Shown here: piece after piece, positions 11,280 through 23,044 of the stretch | How positions within the stretch are numbered: the stretch's first letter is position 1 | How the letters are laid out: each line of letters begins with the position of its first letter | Origin: an uncultured Acidobacteriota bacterium | GTDB lineage: Bacteria > Acidobacteriota > Thermoanaerobaculia > Gp7-AA8 | Length of the DNA: 64,000 nt | Reading direction: 5' to 3' | Assembly: GCA_963741955.1 (NCBI GenBank) | Contig: CAVUKB010000010.1 | Location: forward strand, 448,001-512,000 | Translations under genes and position numbers: made by a program | Notes under the pieces: model-generated | Told to the model about the DNA's origin: nothing | Databases searched by the model: none | Seen by the model: only the letters and a program-made list of their open reading frames with translations

Positions 11280-12656
11280 TCACTCCGGACGTTTGAGGCC
11301 GAGGGCCGCGAGTTTCTGGTGGAGGTAGGTGCGCTGGATTCCGAGCAGCTGCGCCGCACGGGTGAGATTCCAGTTCGTTTGAAGGAGTACGCGCTCCAGG
11401 TAGTCGTGCTCACATCGTGACTTGAAATCCCTGAGCGGGATCACCGGCGACGTGGACGGCGGTAGGATGGGAGCGCCTCCGGTCTCTGCGGGATTAAGGA
11501 TGGTGGACGGGAGCTGCTCGACCGTGATCGGGTCGGTGCCGAAGACGGAGAGCCGCTCGCAGAGATTTCGAAGCTCCCGCACGTTCCCGGGCCAGTGGTA
11601 GCCATTGAGGCGGTCGAGCGCCTCCTCGTTGCAGTCGAAAGGAGGTCGCTGATTTTCGCGGCAGGCGAGATCGAGAAAGTGGCGGAACAGGAGCGGGACG
11701 TCCGTCGTGCGATCGCGGAGTGGCGGAACTGCGATCGGGACGGTGGAGATCCGATAGAAGAGGTCCTCGCGAAAGCGGCCCTCCCGCACCATCGTGCCGA
11801 GATCCTGGTTCGTCGCGGCGATGAGCCGGACATCGACCAGCCGTTCGGCGTGCTCTCCAATCCGTCGGACTCTTCCGTCTTCGAGCACGCGGAGGAGCCG
11901 AGCCTGGAGATCGAGGTCCATATCGCCGATCTCGTCGAGGAAGAGGGTTCCCCGATGTGCGGCCTCGAACAGCCCGGCTCGTGTCACCCGTGCATCGGTG
12001 AAGGCACCCCGTACGTGTCCGAAGAGTTCACTTTCGACGAGGTGACGCGGGATCGCCGCGCAATTGATCTTCACGAAAGGTTGAGCGGCGCGCGGACTCA
12101 GATTGTGGATCGCGGCCGCGACGAGCTCCTTTCCCGTTCCGCTCTCTCCGGTCACGAGGACGCGCGCGGTCGTCGGACCGACCTTCTCGATCGCGTCGCG
12201 GACCTTCCGAATCGACCACGAGCGCCCCAGGATTCCGTGGTGCCGGGCGGATCCGGAACGGAGCTCCGCCAGCTCGCGCTGCACCCGAAAATGTTCGAGG
12301 CAGTTTCTGACCGAGTGCATCAGACGTTCACGCGTGAACGGCTTCTCGAGAAAGTCCCAGACCCCGAGCCGCAGCGCCTCGACGGTCTCCGAGATCGAAG
12401 CTTCGCCGGAAACGACGATGGTCGGAGGAAGCTCTCCGTCGTCGACGAGTCTCCGAACCAGCTCGACCCCGGAGATTCCCGGAAGCCGCACATCCAGGAG
12501 GAGAAGATCCGGACGGACGGAGGCCCGGTCTGCCCACGCTTCGGCCATCTCTTCTGCGGACGGGAACGAGCGTGCCCCGAATCCACGGTCACGGAGCTCG
12601 AGAGTCATGTTGCCGCGGAGAACCGCATCGTCTTCGACGATCCAGATCAGACTCAC
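11280..12656 (-). CDS. Sigma-54-dependent response regulator (NtrC/NtrX-type)
   Basis: Receiver domain ([13 protein letters not shown]), [23 protein letters not shown]-terminal Fis-type HTH; GTG start overlaps the kinase stop. Confidence 0.95.
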   Translation of the reverse strand: MSLIWIVEDDAVLRGNMTLELRDRGFGARSFPSAEEMAEAWADRASVRPDLLLLDVRLPGISGVELVRRLVDDGELPPTIVVSGEASISETVEALRLGVWDFLEKPFTRERLMHSVRNCLEHFRVQRELAELRSGSARHHGILGRSWSIRKVRDAIEKVGPTTARVLVTGESGTGKELVAAAIHNLSPRAAQPFVKINCAAIPRHLVESELFGHVRGAFTDARVTRAGLFEAAHRGTLFLDEIGDMDLDLQARLLRVLEDGRVRRIGEHAERLVDVRLIAATNQDLGTMVREGRFREDLFYRISTVPIAVPPLRDRTTDVPLLFRHFLDLACRENQRPPFDCNEEALDRLNGYHWPGNVRELRNLCERLSVFGTDPITVEQLPSTILNPAETGGAPILPPSTSPVIPLRDFKSRCEHDYLERVLLQTNWNLTRAAQLLGIQRTYLHQKLAALGLKRPE

Positions 12657-13855
12657 TCTCCGCCTCCCGGCTTCGGAAGCAGCAGACGAAACGTCGTGCA
12701 GCGTTCGGAGGTGGAGACGAGCTCCAGATCTCCGTGGTGATCGAGCATGATCTTTCGCGCGATCGCGAGGCCCAGTCCCATTCCTTCGCCTGGCCGGCTG
12801 GTGGTGTTGTACGGCTCGAAGAGCCGCGCGAGGATCGGTGCGGGGATTCCACGGCCATCGTCCCGGTGCTCGATTGCGATCATGCCGTTCTCCTCTCCAA
12901 CGGAGACGCGGATCGTCCCATTCTCCTCCATCGCTCGGGCGCTGTTCGCACAGAGATTGGCGAGAACGCGGCGGATCAGCTCCGGATCGAAGGCCGCGAC
13001 TGCATCGCTGTCTGTGGAGCATTCGAGCCCGACTCCTTTCCACGCCTCGCGGAACGTCGTGCAGAACTCTTCGAGGAACGGAGCAACGGGGAGAGTGCGA
13101 AGCGCCGGTTCGGCGATCGTTCCGAACGACGAGTACTGCCGGGTGAAACGGCGAAGCGCTTCGAGCTCCGACCGGACCGACTCGACCAGCGAATCGACGG
13201 CGCCGGGCTCGGGGGAGGCGGAGCGAGCGGCATCCGCCAGTCGCTCGACGCCGAGCTGCAACGACGTGAGGGGAGTGCGGATCTCGTGTGCGTGCCGGCG
13301 GGCAGCTTCCTGCCAGACCTGAAGATGGCGCAGTGATTCGATCCTCCGGTGATCGCGGACCATCCGCTTCGACGTCGCTTCGATCATCCGCGCGATCCGT
13401 CCGACGGTGTCGGCGGAGGTCTCGTCGACCCGAACCTCTTCGATCCCGGAGAGTCCGTCCAGTGCCCCTCCGATCCGCGCCAGCCGTCGCTGCTCCCGCC
13501 GCCGTTCGATGAGATACCAGGAGGAGACGATCAACACGCCAGCGAAGAAGACGCCGACCAGGATCAGATCGTATCGGCGGGTCATCGAATCGCGACTGAG
13601 TGCGAGGACTTCCAGTCTCGTTTCGAGCCTGCGGAGGTTCTCGAAGCGGCCGCGATACTGATCCCGATGCGCCGGGTCGAGCTGCGCGAGACGCTTCTGA
13701 TCTTCGAGGGACCGGCTCACCGCATTCCGAACGTCAGGATGGAGTGAAAAAGAGAGCCACGTCGACGAGATGCGGTGCTGAAAAGCATACAGTCCGATCG
13801 CTGCTCCGACCGAGAGAAGCACTGCGACCACCACCATTCTGGAGAGTGTGTTCAT
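12653..13855 (-). CDS. Membrane sensor histidine kinase (NtrY-like)
   Basis: Two TM segments, H-box AHEIRTPLT, N-box, DDGRGI, GMGLGL. Confidence 0.93.
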   Translation of the reverse strand: MNTLSRMVVVAVLLSVGAAIGLYAFQHRISSTWLSFSLHPDVRNAVSRSLEDQKRLAQLDPAHRDQYRGRFENLRRLETRLEVLALSRDSMTRRYDLILVGVFFAGVLIVSSWYLIERRREQRRLARIGGALDGLSGIEEVRVDETSADTVGRIARMIEATSKRMVRDHRRIESLRHLQVWQEAARRHAHEIRTPLTSLQLGVERLADAARSASPEPGAVDSLVESVRSELEALRRFTRQYSSFGTIAEPALRTLPVAPFLEEFCTTFREAWKGVGLECSTDSDAVAAFDPELIRRVLANLCANSARAMEENGTIRVSVGEENGMIAIEHRDDGRGIPAPILARLFEPYNTTSRPGEGMGLGLAIARKIMLDHHGDLELVSTSERCTTFRLLLPKPGGGE

Positions 13856-14478
13856 GGACTCAGTCCGATCGTCCAGCGATACGTGAGAACCGGCCGTGCC
13901 TGAATGGACGTCGCGATCAGGGCGTCGATGATTCCGCCGGAGCCCGGCGCATTCCTGGTGTTGTCCTCTTTCGAGATGTCCGCCGCTTCGCTCGCTCCCC
14001 TCGATGTCAAGCCGGCGGCTTCGCCGATCCAGTCTCGCGTCTCCTGCTCCTCGGATGGGGAAAACGGAAGCACGCGCAACCCGACCATCACTCTGCCCGG
14101 CTCTCCTCGTGCGACAGAGAAGAGTCGGAGGGGTTGGGCCGTCCACCAGGCTCGGAGGGCCTGAAGATCCCCGACCCGGAGAAGATCACTCCGTCCGCTC
14201 CCGTCGACCACGCGCGCGAGATAGACCTCGTCCCACGGGTCGTACCGGACTTCGATCCGAGCCTGTCGCGCCGCGCCGCCGAATTTCGCGTCGACCAGGA
14301 ATGTGGTGGTGAGACCGGATTGCAGTCGTTCCTGGATGATCTCCTTGCTAAGGAGAGACGAAGGAAGGATGACGGCGATCTGATCGTCGATCCGTCGCGC
14401 CACGGGAACGTCTCCGGCGAGAGCGACGAAAGGAGCGAGTGCCAGGGCGAGCGCGAAGGCGCAGCGAAGTCGGCTCAT
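13852..14478 (-). CDS. Exported DUF4390-like protein
   Basis: Signal peptide, LQSGLTTTF...RYDPWDEVY; ATGA-coupled to both neighbours. Confidence 0.65.
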   Translation of the reverse strand: MSRLRCAFALALALAPFVALAGDVPVARRIDDQIAVILPSSLLSKEIIQERLQSGLTTTFLVDAKFGGAARQARIEVRYDPWDEVYLARVVDGSGRSDLLRVGDLQALRAWWTAQPLRLFSVARGEPGRVMVGLRVLPFSPSEEQETRDWIGEAAGLTSRGASEAADISKEDNTRNAPGSGGIIDALIATSIQARPVLTYRWTIGLSP

Positions 14479-15746
14479 CGCGGCCACCCGGGAAGACCAC
14501 TCGAGCCGCTGTCCGGGATCGGTGTGTAAGGGATCGTCTCGCGATCCGTCCACGGCTCGAACGCCGCCCGAATGGTGATCAAGCCCCATCCGTTCCGGAA
14601 CACGAGGCCTGCACCCAGCTCGATCGACTGCGAGTCGAACCGCGAATCGGAGCGATGGTATTCGGAGAAAACCTGCCAGCGGAAGTATCCGTCCGTCTGG
14701 CTCCGCTCCGGGCTCCAGAAGCTGTCGGAATAGCCGATGCGCACGCTCTCGGCGTACGCGGTTCCTCCGAGGTATGAGTTCAGACCCCCGGAGCCCGCGA
14801 GTCTGCCGTAGTCGGATCTCACTGCACTGACGTCGACGCCAGTCTCGAACGAGCCCTGTGTGAACAGCGGCCTGTGACGGGCCGCTCCGATTTCGAGCGA
14901 CGACTGGTTCAGCGTGACTCTTTCGGCGGTCCACTGCGACGGGATGCCTCGGGAGATCAGGAACGGCTGTGAGGAGTGAGCGAATCCGATGGTGGCACTC
15001 GCGACGATGCCTTCGACCGGAAGGAACGGATCGTCGGTCGAATCGTAGATCCAGCTCAGACCCGCAGCAGTCGCCCGGTTTCGCAGAGCGAGTGGCGAAG
15101 CGCCCGGGCAACAATCCAGCGGTCCGAAATCGTAAGAGTAGGAAAAGTGGCTGGCGTTGAAGCGGAGCGCCTGATTGCCGACCGTGGGGACGGTCAGCGT
15201 CAACGAAGGAGAAAGGTCGAAACGGGAGTCGGTCTTCTTCTCCAGATTGACGTTGAGAAGACCGCCGCGACCGAACAGGTCGTAGCGGTTGATTCCGAGG
15301 TTCACGTCGCCGAAGCCGTTGAACCCGGTCCCCGCAGCGAGGTAGCTCTCGGTCGACTGGCCGAAGAACCAGCGGTGTCCGCCCTGAATCGCCTCGTTCT
15401 TTCCGCCTCCTTCGAACACTGCGCCGCCGAGTTGAAAGAACCAGAGTCGCGTTTCGGTGACCTTCAGGACGAGGACGTAGCGGCCGCGTTCCGATCCCTT
15501 CTCCAATGCGAGATCACATGCCACGACGAAGGGAAGCCGCTGGACGCGATTCGCAGCGTCGTGCATCTCGGTCTCGCTGTAGGCGTGCCCTTCCTGAAGT
15601 CGCGATTCGGCCAGAATGATGGACGCAGAAACGTGGTGCAGATTGCGAACCTCGATCCGCTCGATGAAGAACTTCGTGTTCTCTCCCCGGGCGCTCCAGG
15701 GGATGAGGCCCGCGAGCAGGAAGAAGAGAAGAAATCGTGATCGCAT
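14475..15746 (-). CDS. POTRA-domain / Omp85-like outer membrane protein
   Basis: Signal peptide, IERIEVRNL...QRLPFV POTRA-like domain, YDSTDDPFLPVEG barrel motif. Confidence 0.72.
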   Translation of the reverse strand: MRSRFLLFFLLAGLIPWSARGENTKFFIERIEVRNLHHVSASIILAESRLQEGHAYSETEMHDAANRVQRLPFVVACDLALEKGSERGRYVLVLKVTETRLWFFQLGGAVFEGGGKNEAIQGGHRWFFGQSTESYLAAGTGFNGFGDVNLGINRYDLFGRGGLLNVNLEKKTDSRFDLSPSLTLTVPTVGNQALRFNASHFSYSYDFGPLDCCPGASPLALRNRATAAGLSWIYDSTDDPFLPVEGIVASATIGFAHSSQPFLISRGIPSQWTAERVTLNQSSLEIGAARHRPLFTQGSFETGVDVSAVRSDYGRLAGSGGLNSYLGGTAYAESVRIGYSDSFWSPERSQTDGYFRWQVFSEYHRSDSRFDSQSIELGAGLVFRNGWGLITIRAAFEPWTDRETIPYTPIPDSGSSGLPGWPR

Positions 15747-15807
15747 CAGAACCCTCCTGGTGCCGGCGATCCTTCGAGGTCCGCCGGATCCTGGAGGGAA
15801 CCCAGGG

Positions 15808-15822
15808 GCGAACGGTCTGCCA
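15808..15822 (-). promoter_or_regulatory. Putative sigma-54 (-24/-12) promoter
   Basis: Minus strand TGGCAGACCGTTCGC (GG-N10-GC), ~60 bp upstream of an operon encoding a sigma-54 activator. Confidence 0.55.
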
Positions 15823-15931
15823 CGACGTTGCAGGTCGCCGTGCATGGCGGGTCGTCTCCCGAACTTCCTTGCGGCACAGAGAGTTGGAGCCATCGGCGAT
15901 CCTTTCGGGGTTTGCCGGTTGAGGACGGGAG

Positions 15932-15973
15932 TGTCAGCTTTTTCTTACACCCGAGTGTCTGTTTCTGTCGACA
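15932..15973. promoter_or_regulatory. Two tandem TGT-N12-ACA sites, putative enhancer (UAS)
   Basis: TGTCAGCTTTTTCTTACA (15932-15949) and TGTCTGTTTCTGTCGACA (15956-15973), 110-150 bp upstream of the sigma-54 motif. Confidence 0.55.
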
Positions 15974-16078
15974 GGTTTTTGTGACGAAGCGAACGACATC
16001 AGCCGATCAGGAACGTCGGCGGTCACACGAAGGATCGATCATCGCGGATGCTCACGCATGGCATCATGGAGCCGACTC

Positions 16079-16705
16079 ATGCCGAAGAGCGGAACTTTCG
16101 ACGAGCAAACGGTCGCCTACGACGCCTGGTTCGAGCGCAACCGCCCGGTGTACCAGGTCGAGCTCGAGGCGATCCGTCAGGTGCTCCCGCTCGCAACCGG
16201 CGCGCTCGGCGTCGAGGTCGGGATCGGCTCGGGGAGATTCGCCGCACCGCTCGGAATCGGGATGGGTGTCGAACCGTCGATCAGGATGGCGGCGACGGCG
16301 AGACTGCGCGACGTTCGCGTCGTTCTCGGAGTCGCCGAGAAGCTTCCTTTGCAGTCGGAACCGATTTCGTGTTGATTGTGACCACGATCTGTTTCCTCGA
16401 CGACCTCGCGCAGTCGCTGCGTGAAGCTGCGCGCGTGCTCAGGCGCGGTGGATCGATCGTGATCGGTTTCGTCGATCGGGAGAGTGCTTCCGGGACGAGA
16501 GTACGAAGCGCGGAAAGAAGCCAGCCGGTTCTACCGAGAGGCGACATTCATCCCGGCGTCGGAACTTCTGGATCACCTTCGAAGATCGCGATTCGAGATC
16601 GCGAGTCTCCGGCAGACGCTGATCCCGAACGAGCCGGAGGGAACGATTCTCGACGATTTCGGGGAGGGAGGATTCGTAGTGGTGGAAGGGCGGAAGGTCG
16701 GGTGA
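16079..16705 (+). pseudogene. Class I SAM-dependent methyltransferase split over three frames
   Basis: YDAWFE...VEVGIGSGRFAAPLG / FVLIVTTICFLDD...GFVDRES / REYEARKEASRFYREATF lie in different frames (shifts near 16360 and 16490). Confidence 0.8.
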
Positions 16706-16819
16706 TCCAGCGCGGCGCACTCGGCGGTTACGGATCGGTTGATCGTGGCTGCCTGCCCGTGACCTCCTTCTGCGCCGTCGAGAGCGTCGGTTGACGAGGT
16801 AGCTACTGGAGGCTACCTT

Positions 16820-17110
16820 TTGGAGATGCGATCCGTTGGCATCAAGACTCTGAAGAACCGGCTGAGTGAATATGTCCGGATCGCCTCTCAAGGCGAAGTG
16901 GTTCTCGTGACGGATCGCGACCGGGTGGTGGCCGAGATCACTGCACCGCGTGCCGGTCGCGCCGAAACGGTGACGGATGCCGTACTGGCCGAAGCAGTCC
17001 GGAAAGGATGGATCACGCCGCCGGCGATTCGACGATCCCCCCCGCGACAGCCGGTCAAATCGATCGATGAGATTCTGGAGGATCTTTCTCGAGACCGGAG
17101 CGATCGTTGA
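16820..17110 (+). CDS. Phd/YefM family antitoxin
   Basis: VGIKTLKNRLSEYVR...GEVVLVTDRDRVVAEI. Confidence 0.9.
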   Translation: MEMRSVGIKTLKNRLSEYVRIASQGEVVLVTDRDRVVAEITAPRAGRAETVTDAVLAEAVRKGWITPPAIRRSPPRQPVKSIDEILEDLSRDRSDR

Positions 17111-17493
17111 TCTACCTCGACACGTCCGTGGCTCTGGCGCAATTGCTCGCGGAGGATCGGCAGCCGCCGGAGGAGCTGTGGGCCGAGACGATCGTCAGCA
17201 GCAGATTGCTCGAATACGAATTGTGGAACGCAATTCATCGCCATGGACTGATGGCATCTCACGCCGAAGCGGCCCGACAGCTCCTCGAGGCCCTGGCGTT
17301 TGCCGAGCTTTCCCGCGAAACGTTGCGGCGCGCCCTGGAGCCGTTTCCGGTACCCGTCCGAACGCTGGAGGCTCTTCACCTGGCGTCGGTCCTGTTTCTA
17401 CGCGATCAGGGGCTCGAGCTGGAGCTCGCCTCCTACGATGGTCGTATGATCGAAGCGGCTACGGCACTGGGAATTCCTCTCGCGGAGTGCTGA
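17107..17493 (+). CDS. PIN-domain (VapC-type) toxin
   Basis: IYLDTSV, RTLEALHLAS, SYDGRM; overlaps the antitoxin stop. Confidence 0.9.
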   Translation: MIYLDTSVALAQLLAEDRQPPEELWAETIVSSRLLEYELWNAIHRHGLMASHAEAARQLLEALAFAELSRETLRRALEPFPVPVRTLEALHLASVLFLRDQGLELELASYDGRMIEAATALGIPLAEC

Positions 17494-17684
17494 GGCATCA
17501 CGAATCCTCCCGTCGAATGAAGACGTGACCCCAGAGGTGGGGAGGTGCGCGAGCAGGAAAAGAAAGTGGGGCACACGCCTCACCCAGATGCGAGATCCGG
17601 CGGAGACCTCCATTGTCTCTCAAGTACACCGAGCCGTCGGGCGCGACACCGCGAGGGCCGCAGAGAAGAGATTCGCCGCCCGGA

Positions 17685-18338
17685 TCAGGACGTGCGGGGG
17701 GCGTTTCTCGACGCGATCAGTCGATCCACTCTCCCCGAGGCGTACCGGAGGTGGAGGATCGGATAGACGTTGAGCGGTACGTGTATCGCGCACGCGAGAG
17801 CGACCGGAAGCCACCGGCCGCGGAGCAGCCAGTACGCGAGCCATGGAGCCGAGAGGAGGATTCCCCAGAGATGGACCGTCTCGGCGTCATACATGGCGCG
17901 CAGTACGTGCGCAACGTCGCGACGGGTCGTCCGGAGATAGACGTCCCCTCCGAGAGCTCGCAGCGGGGTGTTCCTCAGGAGCGACCCGAACGCACGAATC
18001 GCGGTCCAGCGGGAGCGAAGGATCCGCAGTTCGAGGGGTCGGACCTTCAGTATGGCATCCGGAACGGGGAGCCGGATGCAGGACTGAACCACCGCAGCCC
18101 AGGCGGTGACGAGGGGGACGACGAGAGCCGCGAAGACGTTCGGCTGCATGGCGAACAGACGGCGGAAAGCGAAGAGTGCGAAGAGGACGGCGGCGGTGCC
18201 GGTCGCGAGCACGGCGATGGTTCGCGCGCGATCGGGTCCCGCGATCTCCGAGCGCTTCCGGCTCCACATCACCAGAACGCCCGCCACGGCGCCGGCGACC
18301 GATGCGGAGAAGAGGAGTGCGTACGTGTGAGAGGACAT
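17685..18338 (-). CDS. Membrane protein, C-terminus resembling CrtO-type acyltransferases
   Basis: Several TM helices; AETVH...NVYPILHLRY motif. Confidence 0.55.
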   Translation of the reverse strand: MSSHTYALLFSASVAGAVAGVLVMWSRKRSEIAGPDRARTIAVLATGTAAVLFALFAFRRLFAMQPNVFAALVVPLVTAWAAVVQSCIRLPVPDAILKVRPLELRILRSRWTAIRAFGSLLRNTPLRALGGDVYLRTTRRDVAHVLRAMYDAETVHLWGILLSAPWLAYWLLRGRWLPVALACAIHVPLNVYPILHLRYASGRVDRLIASRNAPRTS

Positions 18339-18528
18339 GATTCGGCTCTCGGACTACTGCATGGTGGGATCGTATCGCATCTCCGAGACGCGGCTGCTCG
18401 CAACGGTCTGACCGGCGTGACGCGAATGAAAGCCGCTCGTCGAGATCGATTCGCGGAGTTGCCGCTGCTCCTCTGCGCGGTCCCGGCGGCGAGTCGGGCT
18501 CGTGACGGGCGAATGCCGAGCTCGAACG

Positions 18529-18563
18529 AAAAAGCGGGGCGTGCGATTGATCGCGCGCCCCGC
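18529..18563 (-). terminator. Intrinsic terminator of icd
   Basis: GCGGGGCGCGCGAT/ATCGCACGCCCCGC stem followed by TTTTT on the minus strand. Confidence 0.8.
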
Positions 18564-18586
18564 AGGTGAGGAACCGTGATGATCGA

Positions 18587-21004
<2,418 letters not shown>

Positions 21005-21087
21005 TCAAGCACACGCCGCCTGAGCAGAGTGCGGAGACGGTTACGTCTCGTTGTGATCTTGCTCACAGGGAGGGGATGCCGGTAGCA

Positions 21088-21755
21088 GGTGAGACGCCCC
21101 GAAGGGGCGGCGGAGATTAGCCGGTGGGAAGAGCGGCGGCAGCCGCGCGCACCCACCGGAGGAGAAGACAAACGAACGGGTGAGACGCCCCGAAGGGGCG
21201 GGGGAGATTAGCCGGTGGGAAGCGGGGCGATAGCCGCGCGCACCCACCGGAGGAGAAGACAAACGAACGGGTGAGACGCCCCGAAGGGGCGGCGGAGATT
21301 AGCCGGTGGGAAGAGCGGCGGCAGCCGCGCGCACCCACCGGAGGAGAAGACAAACGAACGGGTGAGACGCCCCGAAGGGGCGGCGGAGATTAGCCGGTGG
21401 GAAGAGCGGCGGCAGCCGCGCGCACCCACCGGAGGAGAAGACAAACGAACGGGTGAGACGCCCCGAAGGGGCGGGGGAGATTAGCCGGTGGGAAGCGGGG
21501 CGATAGCCGCGCGCACCCACCGGAGGAGAAGACAAACGAACAGGTGAGACGCCCCGAAGGGGCGGCGGAGATTAGCCGGTGGGAAGAGCGGGGCGATAGC
21601 CGCGCGCACCCACCGGAGGAGAAGACAAACGAACGGGTGAGACGCCCCGAAGGGGCGGCGGAGATTAGCCGGTGGGAAGAGCGGCGGCAGCCGCGCGCAC
21701 CCACCGGAGGAGAAGACAAACGAACGGGTGAGACGCCCCGAAGGGGCGGCGGAGA
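21088..21755 (+). repeat. Left REP-like tandem array: 7 full 91-93 bp units plus a partial
   Basis: Units start at 21088, 21179, 21270, 21361, 21452, 21543, 21636, 21727; hairpins CGCCCCGAAGGGGCG and CCGGTGGG...CCCACCGG. Confidence 0.97.
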
Positions 21756-21777
21756 AGCTGCGCAAAACGCGACGAGG

Positions 21778-22224
21778 TCAAAGGAAATACCGTTCGTCGA
21801 ATTCGATCCCGGCTTCTGTGAGAAGCTTTCGATATTCTTCTTCAAACGTGCTCTGGCGGTGATGGTCCTCCTGGTTGCGGATATACCGGCGGACGCCGTC
21901 CACGCTCGACGGGCTGACGCTGAAGCCCGCATATCCTTCCTGCCACGCGAAATCGCGGACGTTCAATTCGTCATGGACCCAGGAGGACGCTTCGCTCTTG
22001 ATCTCGCGCAACAAGTCGGCGATCCGATGAGTGGCCCGAATTCCGGCGAGGATGTGCACGTGATCGGAAATTCCGCCGATCTCGAGAGGAATAGTGTCGA
22101 GTGTCTTCAGACAACCGCCGAGGTACGCGTGAAGGCGTGGACGCCAGTCGTCTCGAATGAGCGGGCGGCGATGTTTCGTTCCGAAGACGATGTGGACATT
22201 GAGCGCGAGGAATGTCGAAGGCAT
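21778..22224 (-). CDS. tnpA: IS200/IS605-family Y1 (HUH) transposase, REP-associated (RAYT-like), intact
   Basis: HIVFGTKHR, DHVH (HUH), WQEGY, catalytic Y in YIRNQEDHH. Confidence 0.95.
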   Translation of the reverse strand: MPSTFLALNVHIVFGTKHRRPLIRDDWRPRLHAYLGGCLKTLDTIPLEIGGISDHVHILAGIRATHRIADLLREIKSEASSWVHDELNVRDFAWQEGYAGFSVSPSSVDGVRRYIRNQEDHHRQSTFEEEYRKLLTEAGIEFDERYFL

Positions 22225-22257
22225 TCGTGATTCTACCTCGGTGGCGCTGTGACCCTC

Positions 22258-22952
22258 ATCTCCGGCGCCCCTTCAGGGCGCGTGCAGGGTGTGCGTTCAA
22301 CGCGAGGAGCGGTGGGTGCGGACCGCGTTGCGGTCCTTCCCACCGGCTGATCTCCGGCGCCCCTTCGGGGCGCGTGTAGGGTGTGCGTTCAACGCGAGGA
22401 GCGGTGGGTGCGGACCGCGTTGCGGTCCTTCCCACCGGCTGATCTCCGGCGCCCCTTCGGGGCGCGTGTAGGGTGTGCGTTCAACGCGAGGAGCGGTGGG
22501 TGCGGACCGCGTTGCGGTCCTTCCCACCGGCTAATCTCCGGCGCCCCTTCGGGGCGCGTGTAGGGTGTGCGTTCAACGCGAGGAGCGGTGGGTGCGGACC
22601 GCGTTGCGGTCCTTCCCACCGGCTGATCTCCGGCGCCCCTTCGGGGCGCGTGCAGGGTGTGCGTTCAACGCGAGGAGCGGTGGGTGCGGACCGCGTTGCG
22701 GTCCTTCCCACCGGCTGATCTCCAGCGCCCCTTCGGGGCGCGTGTAGGGTGTGCGTTCAACGCGAGGAGCGGTGGGTGCGGACCGCGTTGCGGTCCTTCC
22801 CACCGGCTAATCTCCGGCGCCCCTTCGGGGCGCGTGTAGGGTGTGCGTTCAACGCGAGGAGCGGTGGGTGCGGACCGCGTTGCGGTCCTTCCCACCGGCT
22901 AATCTCCGGCGCCCCTTCGGGGCGCGTGTAGGGTGTGCGTTCAACGCGAGGA
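22258..22952 (-). repeat. Right REP-like tandem array: 7 full 92 bp units plus a partial, inverted relative to the left array
   Basis: Period 92 from 22258; same core CGCCCCGAAGGGGCG-N-CGGAGATYAGCCGGTGGGAAG on the minus strand. Confidence 0.97.
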
Positions 22953-23011
22953 CTCTATGCCTTCGTTGCCGAAGCCGGGTGCGCCTTGCATCCAAGCCAC
23001 TCTCCACCTCC

Positions 23012-23044
23012 TCGCGACGAGACGGTGTGAGAAATGCGGGCTAG
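23012..23044. repeat. Half copy of the 34445-34502 palindromic element
   Basis: 23012-23040 matches 34471-34499 at 28/29 nt; ends at CTAG. Confidence 0.8.

Noticed and set aside
21778-22224. IS605 element with tnpB/omega RNA
   Set aside because: No tnpB or iscB ORF next to tnpA.
21088-22952. CRISPR array or TIGR-type guide array
   Set aside because: Spacers are essentially identical within each array, units are 91-92 bp, and no cas or Nop-domain gene is present; the associated gene is a Y1 transposase.
21041-23044. Many 60-180 aa ORFs within the arrays
   Set aside because: They are translations of the tandem repeats, with no RBS or protein-like features.
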